Source of the DNA: Callorhinchus milii
Taxonomy: Eukaryota
DNA length: 64,000 nt
Assembly: GCF_018977255.1 (NCBI RefSeq)
Contig: NW_024704743.1
Coordinates: 116,190,001 to 116,254,000 of the forward strand
Direction: 5' to 3'
This document shows, piece after piece, positions 50,474 to 63,569 of the stretch (within the stretch, counting starts at the first letter, position 1; every line of letters starts with the position of its first letter). The position numbers and the translations under genes were made by a program. The notes beneath the pieces were generated by a model. The model ran no database searches and was not told the DNA's origin. It was given only the letters and a program-made list of their open reading frames with translations.

Positions 50474-50602
50474 CCACTGACACCAATAGACTCCTGTCAA
50501 AACGTTGGACCGTTTAATTTGCCATTAAGTCTGCTCTCATAATCCCACTGACACCAATACACTACTGTCAAAATGTTGGAGCATTCAACTTGGCATTAGT
50601 CC
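50474..50602. repeat. Tandem duplication, two copies, 71-nt period
   Basis: ccactgacaccaatagactcctgtcaaaacgttgga at 50474 and ccactgacaccaatacactactgtcaaaatgttgga at 50545. Confidence 0.85.
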
Positions 50603-50920
50603 AGCCATCGGGGAAGTGGACAACTTTTTATCTTCCTCCTATCCTGGGACAATGGCTCAATGCTGGGTATGAAAAGGACTATTAAGCTGAAACATCTCAA
50701 AGCTCTTCACAGCAATTAACGCAGTGACATTCATTTTCAGTGAAATGAAGAGCTGTGTTGACGCGAGACGAACTTAGCAATTTATCACAAGAGAATTCTT
50801 AGGAAACTCTTCCAATAACATCACAGGATCCACCTGAACGGGCAAAAGAGTTTGGTTTAATTTCTCTTCATATGACAGAAACTCTGACAAAGCAGTGCTC
50901 TCCCACCCAGTACTGGCGAG

Positions 50921-50969
50921 AGCGCAACCGTTCTGCATTGGCAGCGCAACCATTCTGCATTGGCAGCGC
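50921..50969. repeat. 22-nt tandem repeat, about 2.2 copies
   Basis: agcgcaacc(g/a)ttctgcattggc x2 plus agcgc. Confidence 0.85.
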
Positions 50970-51180
50970 TAGAATAATAACAAGGCAATATAATAAGAAT
51001 CGTAACAGGATATACTGTAAAGTGGATTGACTGTGTATTTTGTGGGTGAAATGCGACGGCAATGTCCCACAAACAGCCATGGAGTGAGTGACCAATTTTA
51101 TTTGGGGGATTGGTGGCCAGTATTCTCTTAGTGTGGGCCAGGGAACACAAGGTGAGAACAAATGAGTCAAGAGCCTTCAG

Positions 51181-51386
51181 AGGTCCAAATTTCCACCCAG
51201 CCTTAGCCTGTGAGACCACTTGTTCTTAAAGTTTAGGAAAAGATTGGGAAAATTCTTCATTTGGAAGCCAGTTTTCCCCTAGCCCTCAAAAAAGGAACTG
51301 GCTCCCAAATAAAGATTGAAAACGCGTCTGCCATCCTGCAGCATCTTAAATTTTAAGTAGCTAAAACTAGGGGGATTTCTGGGCCT
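51181..51386. mobile_element. MITE-like element, same TIR family
   Basis: Left aggtccaaatttccacccagccttagcc; right gctaaaactagggggatttctgggcct. Confidence 0.65.
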
Positions 51387-52468
51387 TGGGGATTTATTTT
51401 GAAATAGAAAAATGTAAAGAGAGAGAGAAAGTGAGTGGAGAGAGTGGGTGGGGTAGGGGGGGTGGAGAGAGAAGCAAATGTGTTCTGTTTTCGCATTCCC
51501 TTTCCCATGATGGGATGTGCAGTGACACTCCAGCCGTGTTTCCTGGCCCACATGCCAAGCTGCACAGTCTATTCAGACAGAGTCTTGACGTGGAAGATTC
51601 GCTTTGTGGTTTCTCGGTGTGTGGTCGGGCAGGCTGACAGAGTCAATCACTGTGACTGTATTACCCTGTCACCACACAAGGTTGTATCTAGCTTCCCGGC
51701 ACTGCTTTCCAGATGGCATTAATCTACATTTACCTGTTTTCGCTTTTGCATCTCGCATTTTTTTTTGCTGAAACAATGGTTTTCACACTGAGGAAACATT
51801 TTGCAAATTCAGTGGAAATGCAAAAAATAATTAATTATTTACTCGAGTAAAATGAAAAAATAACTTGCCAGGATTTAATGGGGAGACTTTTTTTTGTAAA
51901 GTTGCACAACTCAAGAGACTTAGAGACGTCTCCAAAACTGTCTGTTGAAAGAAACAAAGGAAACCTGTGAGTTTAGCTGCTATTAGCAAGTCTATTCTTA
52001 ACCAGCTTCCGATTGAAGAGTAAAAGTTTTCCCAAGTCCATGTTTTTCTCACAAAATATACAGTCATTTCACTTTAGAATATATTCTGTGAAGCGCATTG
52101 AGACATCTCGATGACTTGATAAGGCACTATATTAAATGCAAGGATTATTATTAAATTTTAAGAGAATAGTTTGTTAATGTGGCCCAGGGAACAACAAGGC
52201 AAGCACGACCATCTTAATGGATAGAACCATAGAACATTACGTTTCGTTGCCAATACATGCAGCTGCTCACTATTATCTATCTGTCCATTCTTACTCTCTT
52301 ATCAAAAGTCCCCAATGATTGAAAACAGTGACAGTTTTTAAAGAAAATAAGTGAAGAGATTTGACATAGAAAAAACAAAGGATTGGATCACAATCGACCA
52401 CAGCATTGACGCACCGATAGTGCGTTTCCCTTTGGCTTAACCTTTCAAAGTTTGTTTCAAACCTTTGT

Positions 52469-52786
52469 GGAGTCCTATAGCTCAGTGGTTAGAGCACTCG
52501 CTTTGCAAGTGAGAGACCTGAGTTCAATTCCAGGCAGAGGGCGAAACCTTGGGCAAGTTTCCTTACTCCACACGCCTAATAATAATCCCTCCAAAACCAA
52601 AAACAATAATAAATTGGTCATTTTAAATCTACGACTGTTTGTGGGACATTGCTGTGCGCAATTGGCTGCCGCGTTCACCCACAAATATACAGTCAATTCA
52701 CTTTACAGTGTGTTCTGTGAAGCGCTTTGGGACGTCCTCCCGACGTGAAAAGCGCTATATCAAATGCAAGGATTATTATTATTATT
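52469..52786 (+). mobile_element. Full-length young tRNA SINE, short variant
   Basis: ggagtcctatagctcagtggttagagc ... caaggattattattattatt. Confidence 0.9.
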
Positions 52787-54344
52787 AAAGCACTTTACAG
52801 GGTAATGTGCAATCACCAAGCAAGGTAGAATGGGAACTTGTGTGGCAATAACACCAATAGGGCAAAATCAACCTGGCTGACAGTGGTTGAAACCCAGCTC
52901 ACGCTCCTTATTAGCGGGTGAACAATTCAACACTCAGTGAAATCTGCTTTACAGCGATAGGACGAACCGACATGCAAGGATGTGGAAAGTAGTTGAGGAT
53001 GTTGAATGACGGCACAATCACAAGGTGTAAGAATGTTTTAAAGACAAGGAGGTCAGGATAAAGGGGATTTGGAAGAAAGTTCCAGAGAGCTGGGGCAAAT
53101 CCTTACACTTGACATACACAGTCAATTCATTTTACAGTATATTCTCTGAAGGGTGTGGATTGAAGACTTGATAAGGTGCTATATCAAATGCAAGGATATC
53201 AAAATGTAAGGATATAGCATCTTATCACGTCATCAAGAGGGTGAGAGCAGCAGAATGGGGCTGGAGGAGATTCGGTCGTGCCGACTGCCACAGTTTAAAA
53301 TTGACTCTCATACACACACGCTGGCATCACAGTATATGTTCTTTGCTCATTTCAATCAATCATAGCCTCTCGCATCCAGTAATTAAGTGTGAAATTTAGC
53401 AGCTTTTATCCGTGTAAACACCCGACTACACAACGCAGAATGACAACACAATCCGTCTTATTTCAGCAGTTTTTTCCTTCCACTCCGTGCTCGCTACTAA
53501 TAAATGCCACAGCCCAGGGACATGTCAATTAACTGCGCTGGGTGAAACATTGATAACTTAACTGCGGTTAATTATCACCTCACAGTCTGCACCCCATGAC
53601 GCATTTACCCACTGGTGATTGGAATACATAGAGACTGAATACTGGCAGCGATTTACAGATGGGGCTGCTGTTTAGTTGCAATTGGCTGATATTCCAGTGC
53701 ACTACTGGGGGGGCACTATATTGTCGGAGGTGCCTTTTCAGTGGATAATAAAGAACCCATGGTACCACTAGAATTTGTTGGCTTTGTGTGTGCAAATTGT
53801 CTGCCACGTTTGCCTACAAATTCACAGTCACTACCCTTCATGGTAAAAACCTGTGAAGCTCTTTTAGATGTCTGGACGGTGTGATAAGACGCTATATCAA
53901 GTGTAAGGATTTATACAATTATAGTATAATTGTAACCTAAATCGCCCTCAAATATCTATCACACACTAACCACTAAAGAGGGACCTTTGCATTGGAATGG
54001 GATTTAATAATAATCCTTGCAGTTGATACAATGCCTATGACATTGCTACGTCTCAAAACACACGAAAGGCAAATTGCTGTCAGGTGTATCTGTAAACAAA
54101 ACCGGCAGCTGATTTCTGCACATCAAGATCCCAGAAACAGCCCCAAAGTGAATGATCAATTTTATCTGGGGGATTGTTATCCAGTACATTGGGAGAAACT
54201 CACTTCTCCCATCAGAAATGTGCCATTCACCTTTAATGCGTTCGTGCACAAATACAGAGTTACTCCACTTCACAGTAATTCCTGTGAAGTGCTTTGGGAC
54301 ATCCTCCTGATGTGAAGGTGTTATACTAAATAAATTATCCACTG

Positions 54345-54645
54345 GCGGGTGGGTCGGTAACCTGAGGACACTGATTTAAAATAGTTGTTAAAAGAAACAG
54401 AGGGGAGGTGAGGAGAAATGTTTTCACACAGCGAGTTGTTCCAGTTGCATCTGGAATGCATTGCCTGAAAGGGTGGTGAAAGCCAATTCGATCACAACTT
54501 TTAAGAGAGAAGTAGATAATTATTTGGGGAGGACAAGTTTGTCGGGCTAAGGGGAGAGAGCGGGGGAGTGGGATTGAATTGGATAGCTCGTATCAAAGAT
54601 GCGCCAAATGGCCTCCTTTTGTGCTGTATAATTCTATGATTCTGT
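54345..54645 (+). mobile_element. CR1 3' fragment
   Basis: Matches 60290-60590; ends ttctatgattctgtga. Confidence 0.8.
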
Positions 54646-56342
54646 GAAATGCAGGAATTATGCATTGCTTACGTGCACCTGAATAGGCAGACGGGACATC
54701 ACTTCAACATCTCATCCGAAGCACCGCACCTCTGACAATGCAAGGTTTCCCTTTTCTAGTAACTCACTGGGAACTCACTGGGCTATAAGATACTATGTGG
54801 GCTCTAAAAATTTCCAACTTGGAGTTGAACCCACGCTCAAGTGCCCTGATCTGGAGGCAAAAACGTATTACAATTGAGCCAAGTGGGGTAGGTGAAGAAT
54901 ATTCCCAACGTCCCGGACATGAGGATTTTCGAGTTGAATTGCATCTCCAAGAAAAAAACAAAGTGCATAGAATTTTATTCTGGAAACTCTCCAGCTAGAG
55001 TTTTGAATTGTTGGGAAAGGGTAAAATATCGAGATCCATGAGATGAAAGTTCAGTCTGAAATAATTGCTTGTGATTTGTTTAGTATTAAGCGGATGGAAT
55101 TGGAAATAATTGCCAGCGCTGACTGTGCAAGGAAGACATGAATATTCAATCTCCGCTCAGTACTGAAGCGCTCAGTAGCAGCCTCGATATGCCCTGAGGG
55201 TCTTTTTTTCTCATCACCGGCTCTTACTGAAAGGCCATCACGATGCCTTTTGGTCCGAATCAAGCGAGGGCTTTGATCACTTTGCAACCGAAGACAAGTT
55301 GCGTTTCTCTAAACTCCACATTCTTGCACGGGAAGAAACCAACGGGGCACTGACGGCTGGCATTCACTTTACAGCCTGCGACGGGAGCTTTGAATCACTC
55401 ATTTTGTTAAGACAGTATGCAATGATTTTCCATCTGCTTTTCGGCACCTGCCTGTGTTTGGGCGATGCAGCAAAACCCCAGCGTTAAAGCAAGATTGTTC
55501 CAGGAATGAGCATCAGTGCTGGCTGGCTGGTGTCAGCTGGGCTCAGCTGGTCGCCCACCTGCCTCTGGGTCAGAAGGCTATGAGTCAAGCACCTGATGAA
55601 GGGAATCGGAGCTCATTTCTGCCTATTCAGATATTGGTTAAAAGTCTCAGGCACTGTTCGAAAACAGAGGGGAGTTTCAACTCGTGTCCTGCTCATCAAT
55701 TCCCCCAAATAAAATTGGTCACTCACTTCATGGCTGTTTGAGCAAATTGGCCGCCATGTTTATCTACTAATTACAAAGTCACTGCACTTTACATTGAAGC
55801 ATTTTGGGACAACCTCACAATGTGAAAGGCACTGTATAAAATGCAAGGATTATTGTTATTATTACAGTATAAATTACTCTGGAGGTTTTTTTAAATGGAT
55901 TTCAGTGATGGGTCAGCCAGTCCAATACACTGCCACATTACATATGAATGGATGTTACTTTTCTTAATATATTTGAGAATCTAAAATAGCTACTTTTTTG
56001 CAGGAGGATATTTTGTGCACCAGGTATTTTGTCAAGCCATTTCTCAATAGTGTTATTAACAGTCCCAGTTGCACCGATGATTGTAGGAACTATGTTTTAC
56101 ATTGCCACATACATCCGCAATCAATTTGTATATTGATATATTTCCTGATCTTGATTATAATAACAATTATTATTATTGTTTAGAGTTGCACTCCAGTGCA
56201 GTTCTACAGGAGCACTGTATTGATGGAGGTCCTGTCCTTCCGACATGACTTAACAAGTTGCCTGTTCAGATGGGGGGTGTTAAACATTTCCTCTGGCCTG
56301 CCACACCTTGTAATCTTCATTCTCCATTATCTCTCCTCCCAG

Positions 56343-56430
56343 AGCTTTTATGAAGGACAGTCCGCGCCTTGGGAATGTGCCAAGAAGGATGAAAACCGAG
56401 TCAAGAACAGATACGGGAATATCATTGCCT
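56343..56430 (+). CDS. PTPRM: PTPRM D1 exon with KNRY pTyr-recognition loop (88 nt, phase 0 to 1)
   Basis: ctcccag|AGCTTTTAT...ATTGCCT|gtgagt; [29 protein letters not shown]. Confidence 0.97.
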
Positions 56431-56501
56431 GTGAGTAGCCTTCCTCCTGTAGAGAAGGCCCCCATACTCAAGTAAAAGATCAGTTATATTCTTAATACAG
56501 T

Positions 56502-56878
56502 GGAGTCCTGATTAACGTTAGAGCACTCGCCTTGCAAGCAAGAGGACCTGGGTTCGATTCCCAGGTAAGGTTAAAGATTACGTAAGTTTCCTTACTCCAC
56601 ACGCCTCTGTTTATCTACTAGTAAGTAGGAACCCGGTTGTTAGTCGATTGGTGGATCGCTTTTCCGTGGGTAATAATCGCTAACATTTTTTTAAAATATA
56701 AACAATAATAATAATTTGGTCACTGAATCCACGACTGTTTGTAGGACATGCTGTGCGCATTTGGCTGTCGCATTTAGCCCCCCAGAAATACAGTCACACT
56801 TTGCCGTATATCCTGTGAAGTGCTTTGAGACTTCTCAAAGATGTGATAAGTCGCTATATCAAATGCAAGGATTATTAT
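56502..56878 (+). mobile_element. tRNA SINE, long variant, about 70 nt downstream of the KNRY exon
   Basis: Reverse complement of the 35018-35401 copy, more diverged. Confidence 0.85.
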
Positions 56879-57249
56879 CCCAGGGGAGAATATTAAAAAA
56901 AAGGAAGAATGCAAGAATTATTATTATTATTAACCCTTTGCTTCCCACCCCCATCCTTTTGTGGTACAAAGTGCTCCTGGTAACTGAGCAGAAACATTGC
57001 TCCAATGATGGATGTTTGGCATTAGATTGAAGTCTGCTCTCCTCTTCCCTGTTGACAATGTCATTGTCACATTTGCGCAATTGCTGTTCTGAGTGGTTTA
57101 TCTGTGCACATCGTTGGCTTCCAGCTTCTCATTAACAAGCTTCCCCATCCCGGCCTAGCGAGGGACTGGTCTAACCACTATTTTTACCAGAGCCAGGTTA
57201 GCGATGCTCGCAACACAGCCATTTGACATTTCCAAATGTCATCTTAAGA

Positions 57250-57400
57250 GTGAGTGTCTGTGTGTGTGTGCGTGTGTCGGTGTGTTTATATGTGTATGTA
57301 TAGGTGTGTGTATGTTTGGGTGCGTGTATGTGTTGGTTACGTGGATATGTATGTATTGTGTGTGTGTGTATGTATGGGTATGTGCGTCAGTGTATATGTT
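57250..57400. repeat. Degenerate (TG)n microsatellite
   Basis: tgtgtgtgtgcgtgtgtcggtgtg... Confidence 0.85.
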
Positions 57401-57585
57401 TTATCAGGGAGGCTTTAACGTTTCACCTGAGAATGCAGCACCGCCGCACTGTATTAGGGTGTCAGCCTGGACTGTGAGTTCAAAGTCCTGATATGGGGCT
57501 TGAACATGTAACCCTCTAACTCAGAGGTGAGAGAGCTGATACTGAGCCAGGTGTCACTGATGTCCATGTTGTTCTTCCTTTCCAG

Positions 57586-57662
57586 ACGATCACTCTCGGG
57601 TCAGGCTGCAGGCTCTGGATGGAGACCCGAACTCCGAATACATCAACGCAAACTACGTAGAT
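57586..57662 (+). CDS. PTPRM: PTPRM D1 exon (77 nt, phase 1 to 0)
   Basis: ttccag|ACGATCAC...TACGTAGAT|gtgagt; [26 protein letters not shown] (PTP motifs DxxRVxL and YINA). Confidence 0.97.
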
Positions 57663-58704
57663 GTGAGTCACCAACACTTTAAACTCCTCGTTAATCTCCA
57701 GTGTGGCTTGTGTTTGTTTTTGCTTCACATTTAAAAGTACTGTATCGAGATGCGGAGGAAGGGCCAGACCTGTGTTTTACAACAACAACAGCTTGCATTT
57801 ATATAGCGTTCTTCACATGGGCTAGCGTCCCGGGGCATTTAAGGGAGCAGTGAGACAGGGCGTTGGGGGCGGAGAAAAGACACAATGCACCCTTTAGTGA
57901 CGCCGAGCCCAGCTTTTTGAGGATAAACAACGTACCACTTTAGTACACCAAAACAACTCAGAGAGCTTACAGCATTACAGTAATTACTGCATTAAGTGTA
58001 AGTGCCTCTTTTTGAAGGGAAGCATTACGTCCACAGACAGTCTATAAGATGAACGGTCACTTTACCCAGGGGATTGTTAACCAAGACACCAGGAGAAATT
58101 CCCTTCTTTTGAATAGCGATATGGGATTTTTAACTTCCAAATTGACAGGCAAACTGAACCTGAGTTTTGCCTCATTCTCATCACCCACTATGCAGCACAA
58201 CTCTACCCACACTCCCCACCCCCACATCTCCACACACCACTCCTCCACCCCCCACACCCACCCCCAGTCCAGACTGAACTCAAAGACCCCAATTCGGGGC
58301 TTGAACCAGCAATCATCTGACCCAGAGGCAAGAGCGCAATCATCTGAGCCAGGCTATCACCTACAAACCTCTAGCGGTCCGAGACACCGTTCAACATGAA
58401 AGGCACTATAAATGCGAGTTGTTATATTAGGCAAGGGTTATAACAGTAAAACTAAACCTTGCATTGGATTTAGCACCTTTCACAGCAGGAGTAATGATAA
58501 ATAATAGTTATTTTTGATATAGCGTCTTTGAGACGTCTCAAAACGCTTCACAGAATGAGGGTGAAATGACAACCACACCCCCTGTGTGGTGACCCCCTTG
58601 AATTGCAGAATTCCTTCTATTGTGTGGAAACCTCCTTATCATGGGGAAATGTCTTGCTTAAGGGAACCTTATTGTAGGGAACATCCTATTATGGCAAGAT
58701 AATA

Positions 58705-60614
58705 ATAAGAGTGATAAGAAGCTAAAAGATCGCATGAGAAGAGGTTAGCGGGTAACATAAAGGGGAATCCTAAAATATTTTACAAGCACATAAAGGAAAA
58801 AAGGTTAGTTAAAGGTAGGGTGGGGCCAATCAAAGACAATGACGGCAATCTTGTTGTGGAGACAGAGGACATGGCTGATGTACTGAACGAGTGCTTTGCA
58901 TCTGTCTTCACAACGGAAATGGATGCCCCAAATGCCGCAGTATTGGATGAGAGGGTAGAGGAAATAGATCAGATTACTATAGACAGAGAGGAAGTTCTGA
59001 AAAGATTGACTGGGCTCAAAATTGATAAGTCACCAGGACCAGATGGGTTTCACCCAAGGTTGCTGTGGGAGATACGGGTTCAAATAGCGGAGGCTTTGGC
59101 CATTATATTTCAATCTTCATTGGACACAGGAGTGGTGCCAAGAGACTGGAGAGTGGCTAATGTTACCCCCTCTACAAAAAGGGGCAGAAAGACAAACCCG
59201 GAAATTACAGGCCAGTCAGCCTAACTTCGGTAATAGGAAAACTACTGGAGACCATAATCCGGGACAGAATAAATCTCTACTTAGAGGAACATGAGGTAAT
59301 TAGAGACAGCCAACATGGATTTGTTAAAGGCAAATCTTGCCTAACAAATCTAATAGAATTTTTTGAAGAGGTGACTGCGAGGGTTGATGAGGGAAATGCG
59401 GTGGATGTTATTTACATGGATTTCAAAAAGGCTTTTGACACAGTACCGCATAAGAGATTAATAAAAAAATTAGAGGCCCACGGTATTAAGGGGACAGTGG
59501 CAGTTTGGATTAAGAACTGGCTGAGTGACAGAAAGCAGAGGGTGGTGGTTAATGGGTGTTTCTCGAAATGGAAGGAGGTGTGCAGCGGTGTCCCCCAGGG
59601 ATCGGTATTGGGACCACTGCTCTTTCTAATATATATTAATGATCTGGACTTGGGCATAGAGAGCACTATTTCCAAGTTTGCAGATGATACAAAGTTAGGT
59701 AGGGTAGTAAATAGTGAGGAGGACTGTAACCAACTGCAAGCAGACATACACAGAATGGTGGAATGGGCTGACATGTGGCAGATGGATTTCAATGTGGATA
59801 AGTGTGAGGTGATACACTTAGGTAGGAAAAATGATAGGAGGCAATATAGACTTGGTAGCTCAATCTTAAGGGGGGTGAACATACAGAGAGATCTGGGTGT
59901 TCAAGTAAGCGAATCATTAAAGGTAGCGGGGCAGGTAGATAAGGCAGTAAAAAAGGCATTTGGTGTACTGAGCTTTATTAGTAGGGGCATAGAGTATAAG
60001 AGTAGGGAGGTTATGGTTAATCTATACAAAACACTGGTTAGGCCTCAGCTGGAGTACTGCGTCCAGTTCTGGGCACCTTACTTCAGGAAGGCACTGGAAA
60101 GGGTGCAGAGGAGATTCACGAGAATGATACCAGGAATGGGGAACCTTAGCTATGAGGACAGGCTGGAGAAGTTAGGACTTTTCCCATTAGAGCAGAGAAG
60201 GTTATGCGGGGACCTGATAGAGGTCTTCAAGATCATGAAAGGTTTCGACAGGCTAGATAAGGAAAAGCTGTTTCCGCTGGTAGGTGTGTCTGTGACCCAT
60301 GGTCACAGTCTTCAGATATCTACCAAAAGAAGCAGAGGGGAGGTTAGAAGAAATGTTTTCACTCAGCGAGTTGTTCGAATTTGGAATGATCTGCCTGAAA
60401 GGGTAGTGAAGTCCGATTCGATAATAGCTTTTAAGAGAGAACTGGATAGGTATCTGGGGAAGACGGGTTTGCAGGGTTATGGGGAGAAAGCTGGTGATTG
60501 GGGTTAGTGAAAGTGACTTGCTCTGTCAAAGAGCCAGCACAGACTCGATGGGCCAAATGGCTTCCTTCTGTGCCATAACATTCTATGAATCTATGAATTC
60601 TATGAATCTATGAA
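58705..60614 (+). mobile_element. CR1-clade LINE, 5' truncated, relatively young
   Basis: KSPGPDGFHPRLL, DFKKAFDTVPH, SGVPQGSVLGPLLF, KFADDTKL, RPQLEYCVQFW; frameshift near 59170; 3' tail of (TTCTATGA)-like octamer repeats. Confidence 0.95.
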
Positions 60615-60800
60615 TAATCCTTGCATTTGATATAGTGCCTTATCACGTCTTGGAAATGTCACCAAGCGCTTCACAGGATATTCTGTAAAGTGAATTGACT
60701 ATATATTTTGTGGGCAAAACATGGCGGGCAATTGCACATAGCAGTGTCCCACAAACAGTCGTAGATCGAATGACCAAATTATTATTATTTTATTTATTTT
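60614..60800 (-). mobile_element. SINE 3' half abutting the CR1 tail
   Basis: aatccttgcatttgatatag ... cagtgtcccacaaacagtcgtag. Confidence 0.8.
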
Positions 60801-61402
60801 ATTAGAAGGAATTATTTATTATAGAGTACATCTCAAAGCGCTTCATAGGATTTATTGTAAAGTGTAGTGACTGGGTAGTGTATCAACAACTACAGCAGCC
60901 AATTTTCTCACAGCAATATCCTACAAACAGCCATGAATTGAATGGCCAATTTTATCTGGGGGATTGTTGGCCAAGACCCCAGAAAAAAAAAACCTTCTCT
61001 TTTGAAATAGCGCTACAAGACTTTTAACGTCTACCGGAAAAGGCAGACAGGCTCAGTTTAATGTCTCATCTGAAGGACTGCACCTCTGAGAATGCAGCAC
61101 TCCCCCTCAGCACTGTATTAGAATATCAGTCTGGACAATATACAAGTTCAAAGTCCTGACGTAGAATCCGCAACCGTCTGAAGCATGAGAACTACCAGCT
61201 GAGCCGGGCTGACACACAGGCTTGGGGAGTTTTGTGACCTTGAGGTGCTGGAAAACAATCCACAGTTAATTATTTAGATTTATCGATTCCCACACTTCTC
61301 CTTTAGATAATTTCAGAAAATTAAGACAATTTACTCCTGCTAGTGGGACTATTCCATCTTCCTGATATGGCACAAATTAATGGTCTTATTTTCTCTCTTC
61401 AG

Positions 61403-61439
61403 GGCTACCACAGGCCAAACTATTACATTGCCACACAAG
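61403..61439 (+). CDS. PTPRM: PTPRM D1 exon (37 nt, phase 0 to 1); gene continues beyond the window
   Basis: cttcag|GGCTACCAC...ACACAAG|gtaagc; GYHRPNYYIATQG (PTP motif YIATQGP). Confidence 0.96.
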
Positions 61440-61795
61440 GTAAGCAAGCCTGCTTTCTAACCTAAACCCCTGACAATCCCCACCCACCACCGAGACTGTC
61501 ACAGAAGATCAACTCCAAACTTCAGCTGCCAAGCACAACACCTTGGAGTCAGATCAACCTCACTTACCTTAACCTCTCCTCCCCCCATACCCCAACACAA
61601 GGAGGATCGTGGTCAGAAGGTTATGGAATCAAGCCCCTGTTTGAGCTTCTAGTGATGTATTGAAATCTAATAGTTTCTTAACTTCACTGACTGACAAACA
61701 CCATCCTCAAGCAAACGGTACAAGATCCTCTCCCCCCATCAAACTGTACTCACCGACGTCTAAATGTTTTGAAAATGTTTCCATGTTCCTTTATA

Positions 61796-62007
61796 AACAC
61801 GCCTAATAATAATCCCTCCAAAAACAAAACAATAATAAATTGGTCATTTTCAATCTACGACTGTTTGTGGGACATTGCTGTGCGCAATTGGCTGCCGCGT
61901 TCGCCCACAAATATACAGTCAATTCACTTTACAGTATATTCTGTGAAGCACTTTGAGACGTCAAGAAGACGTGAAAAGCGCTATATCAAATGCAAGGATT
62001 ATTATTA
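61796..62007 (+). mobile_element. 5' truncated young SINE
   Basis: Matches the 3' two thirds of the 52469 copy. Confidence 0.85.
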
Positions 62008-62329
62008 TAAATGCATTAAAAAGTGTTGATGCAGGAATGTAAATGTCTGGAGCTGCAATTGATCGGCAAATGTAATGAGCCTGTAATAGACCTGCAATCT
62101 GCCTTTAATAGACTGGGGAGTTCTATAATTACCTGTTCATTAGAGTGTTGCCATCCTCACAGCGTGCCAGGTTTAATCAGAAACCCCTGTAGTCTCCATC
62201 TCTGTCTCTCACTCTCTCTCGCTCCCCGCTTAGTACCAGAAGCAGAGTGAAGGTTTAATTTAATCTGCCATCAAGATATCTTTTTTTCTCCTTTGGGAGC
62301 TGGTTACATTCAATGTGATTTTTCTACTA

Positions 62330-62420
62330 TTTTCTCTCCCTCACTATCACTCTCTTTCTCTCTCTCTTTCTCTCTATTTCCCTCTCTCTATCTATCCATC
62401 TATCTCTCTCTCTTTCTTTG
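62330..62420. repeat. Degenerate (CT)n tract
   Basis: tctctttctctctctctttctctctatttccctctctcta. Confidence 0.8.
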
Positions 62421-63261
62421 TGTTTATCCAATGCTCTTCCCAATGATAGGAATAATGTAATTGTTTTACGGAATTAGTGGGCCCCCCCCCCCCCCCGGGA
62501 TATGTGAAAGAGTCACAAACAATAACCGTCTTCAGAGGGTGTCGTAGAGGTTGTTAAGTAAAGGTTGTTAAGAGCGGTTATTGCAGATTGAGATGGGCAG
62601 ACTCCTGTGAGCAGATGCAGAGCCGTGTTTACTTACCAGCAAGAAATAAAGCTCTCTCGAAGTGGTGAAGGGCACTTTCAGGGCAGAGCAGACGCCACAC
62701 AGTGTTTCTGTAATCGACAGCTGGAACAGGGGTCACGGGGATGGGTGGCTGAGGCCAAGATAACGGACTCACCAGAAACAGCTTGAAGCAGGAATGAGAT
62801 GCCTTGAAATTGCTCTGTTCCAACAGAGTAACAGGGTGGGGTGAGGGGAGATGTTAGCAGGGTCTCCTTGAAGTTGACCTGGCAACAGAACAATGAAGTT
62901 TGAGCAAATACTCTGTGAGGGTCTCGGTAGTATCATCAGCAGTGCCCTTCAGTACTCCAGAGAAACTAATGGTGATAGATCAGCCAACCTGGCTCATAGG
63001 CAGGACTTGGAGATGCAGACTGGGAGCACAGAATCTTGGCATTCATTCAGCTCCTGTTAAGTCTCCGAAAGGAGAAATACATAAAAGGGCATGAGGGTAG
63101 GAGTTGTGGGGAAGTGGGGGAATAGGACTAACTGTAGTGTAACAGTAACGCTCACCTACAAAATACACAGTCACTACACTTTACAGTATGTTCTGTGAAG
63201 TGCTTTCAGAAGCCCTCCCAATGTGAAAGGCACTATCAAGTGCAACAATTATTATTATTGT

Positions 63262-63569
63262 GGAGTCCTGTAACTCAGTGGTTAGAGCACTCACTTTGCA
63301 AGCAAGAGACAAGTTTGATTCCCAGCAGGGTGAAACCTTGGGCAAGTTTCCTTACTCCACACGCCTAATAATAATCCCTCAAAAAAAAACAATAAATTGG
63401 TCATTTCAATCCACGACTGTTTGTGGGACACTGCTGTGCGCAATTGGCTGCTGCGTTTTGCCCACAAATATACAGTCAATTCACTTTATAGTCTATTCTG
63501 TGAAGCGCTTTGAGACTTCTAGAAGACGTGAAAAGTGCTATATCAAATGCAAGGATTATTATTATTATC
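63262..63569 (+). mobile_element. Full-length tRNA SINE, short variant
   Basis: Same head, body and tail as the 52469 copy, more diverged. Confidence 0.85.

Noticed and set aside
59371..60507. 378-aa reverse transcriptase ORF as a domesticated or active gene
   Set aside because: Part of a 5' truncated CR1 lacking ORF1 and endonuclease, with an upstream frameshift and a typical CR1 tail
57663..61402. Extra 18-nt D1 microexon of the type I recall from PTPRK
   Set aside because: No matching sequence with splice sites found; the intron is mostly SINE and CR1
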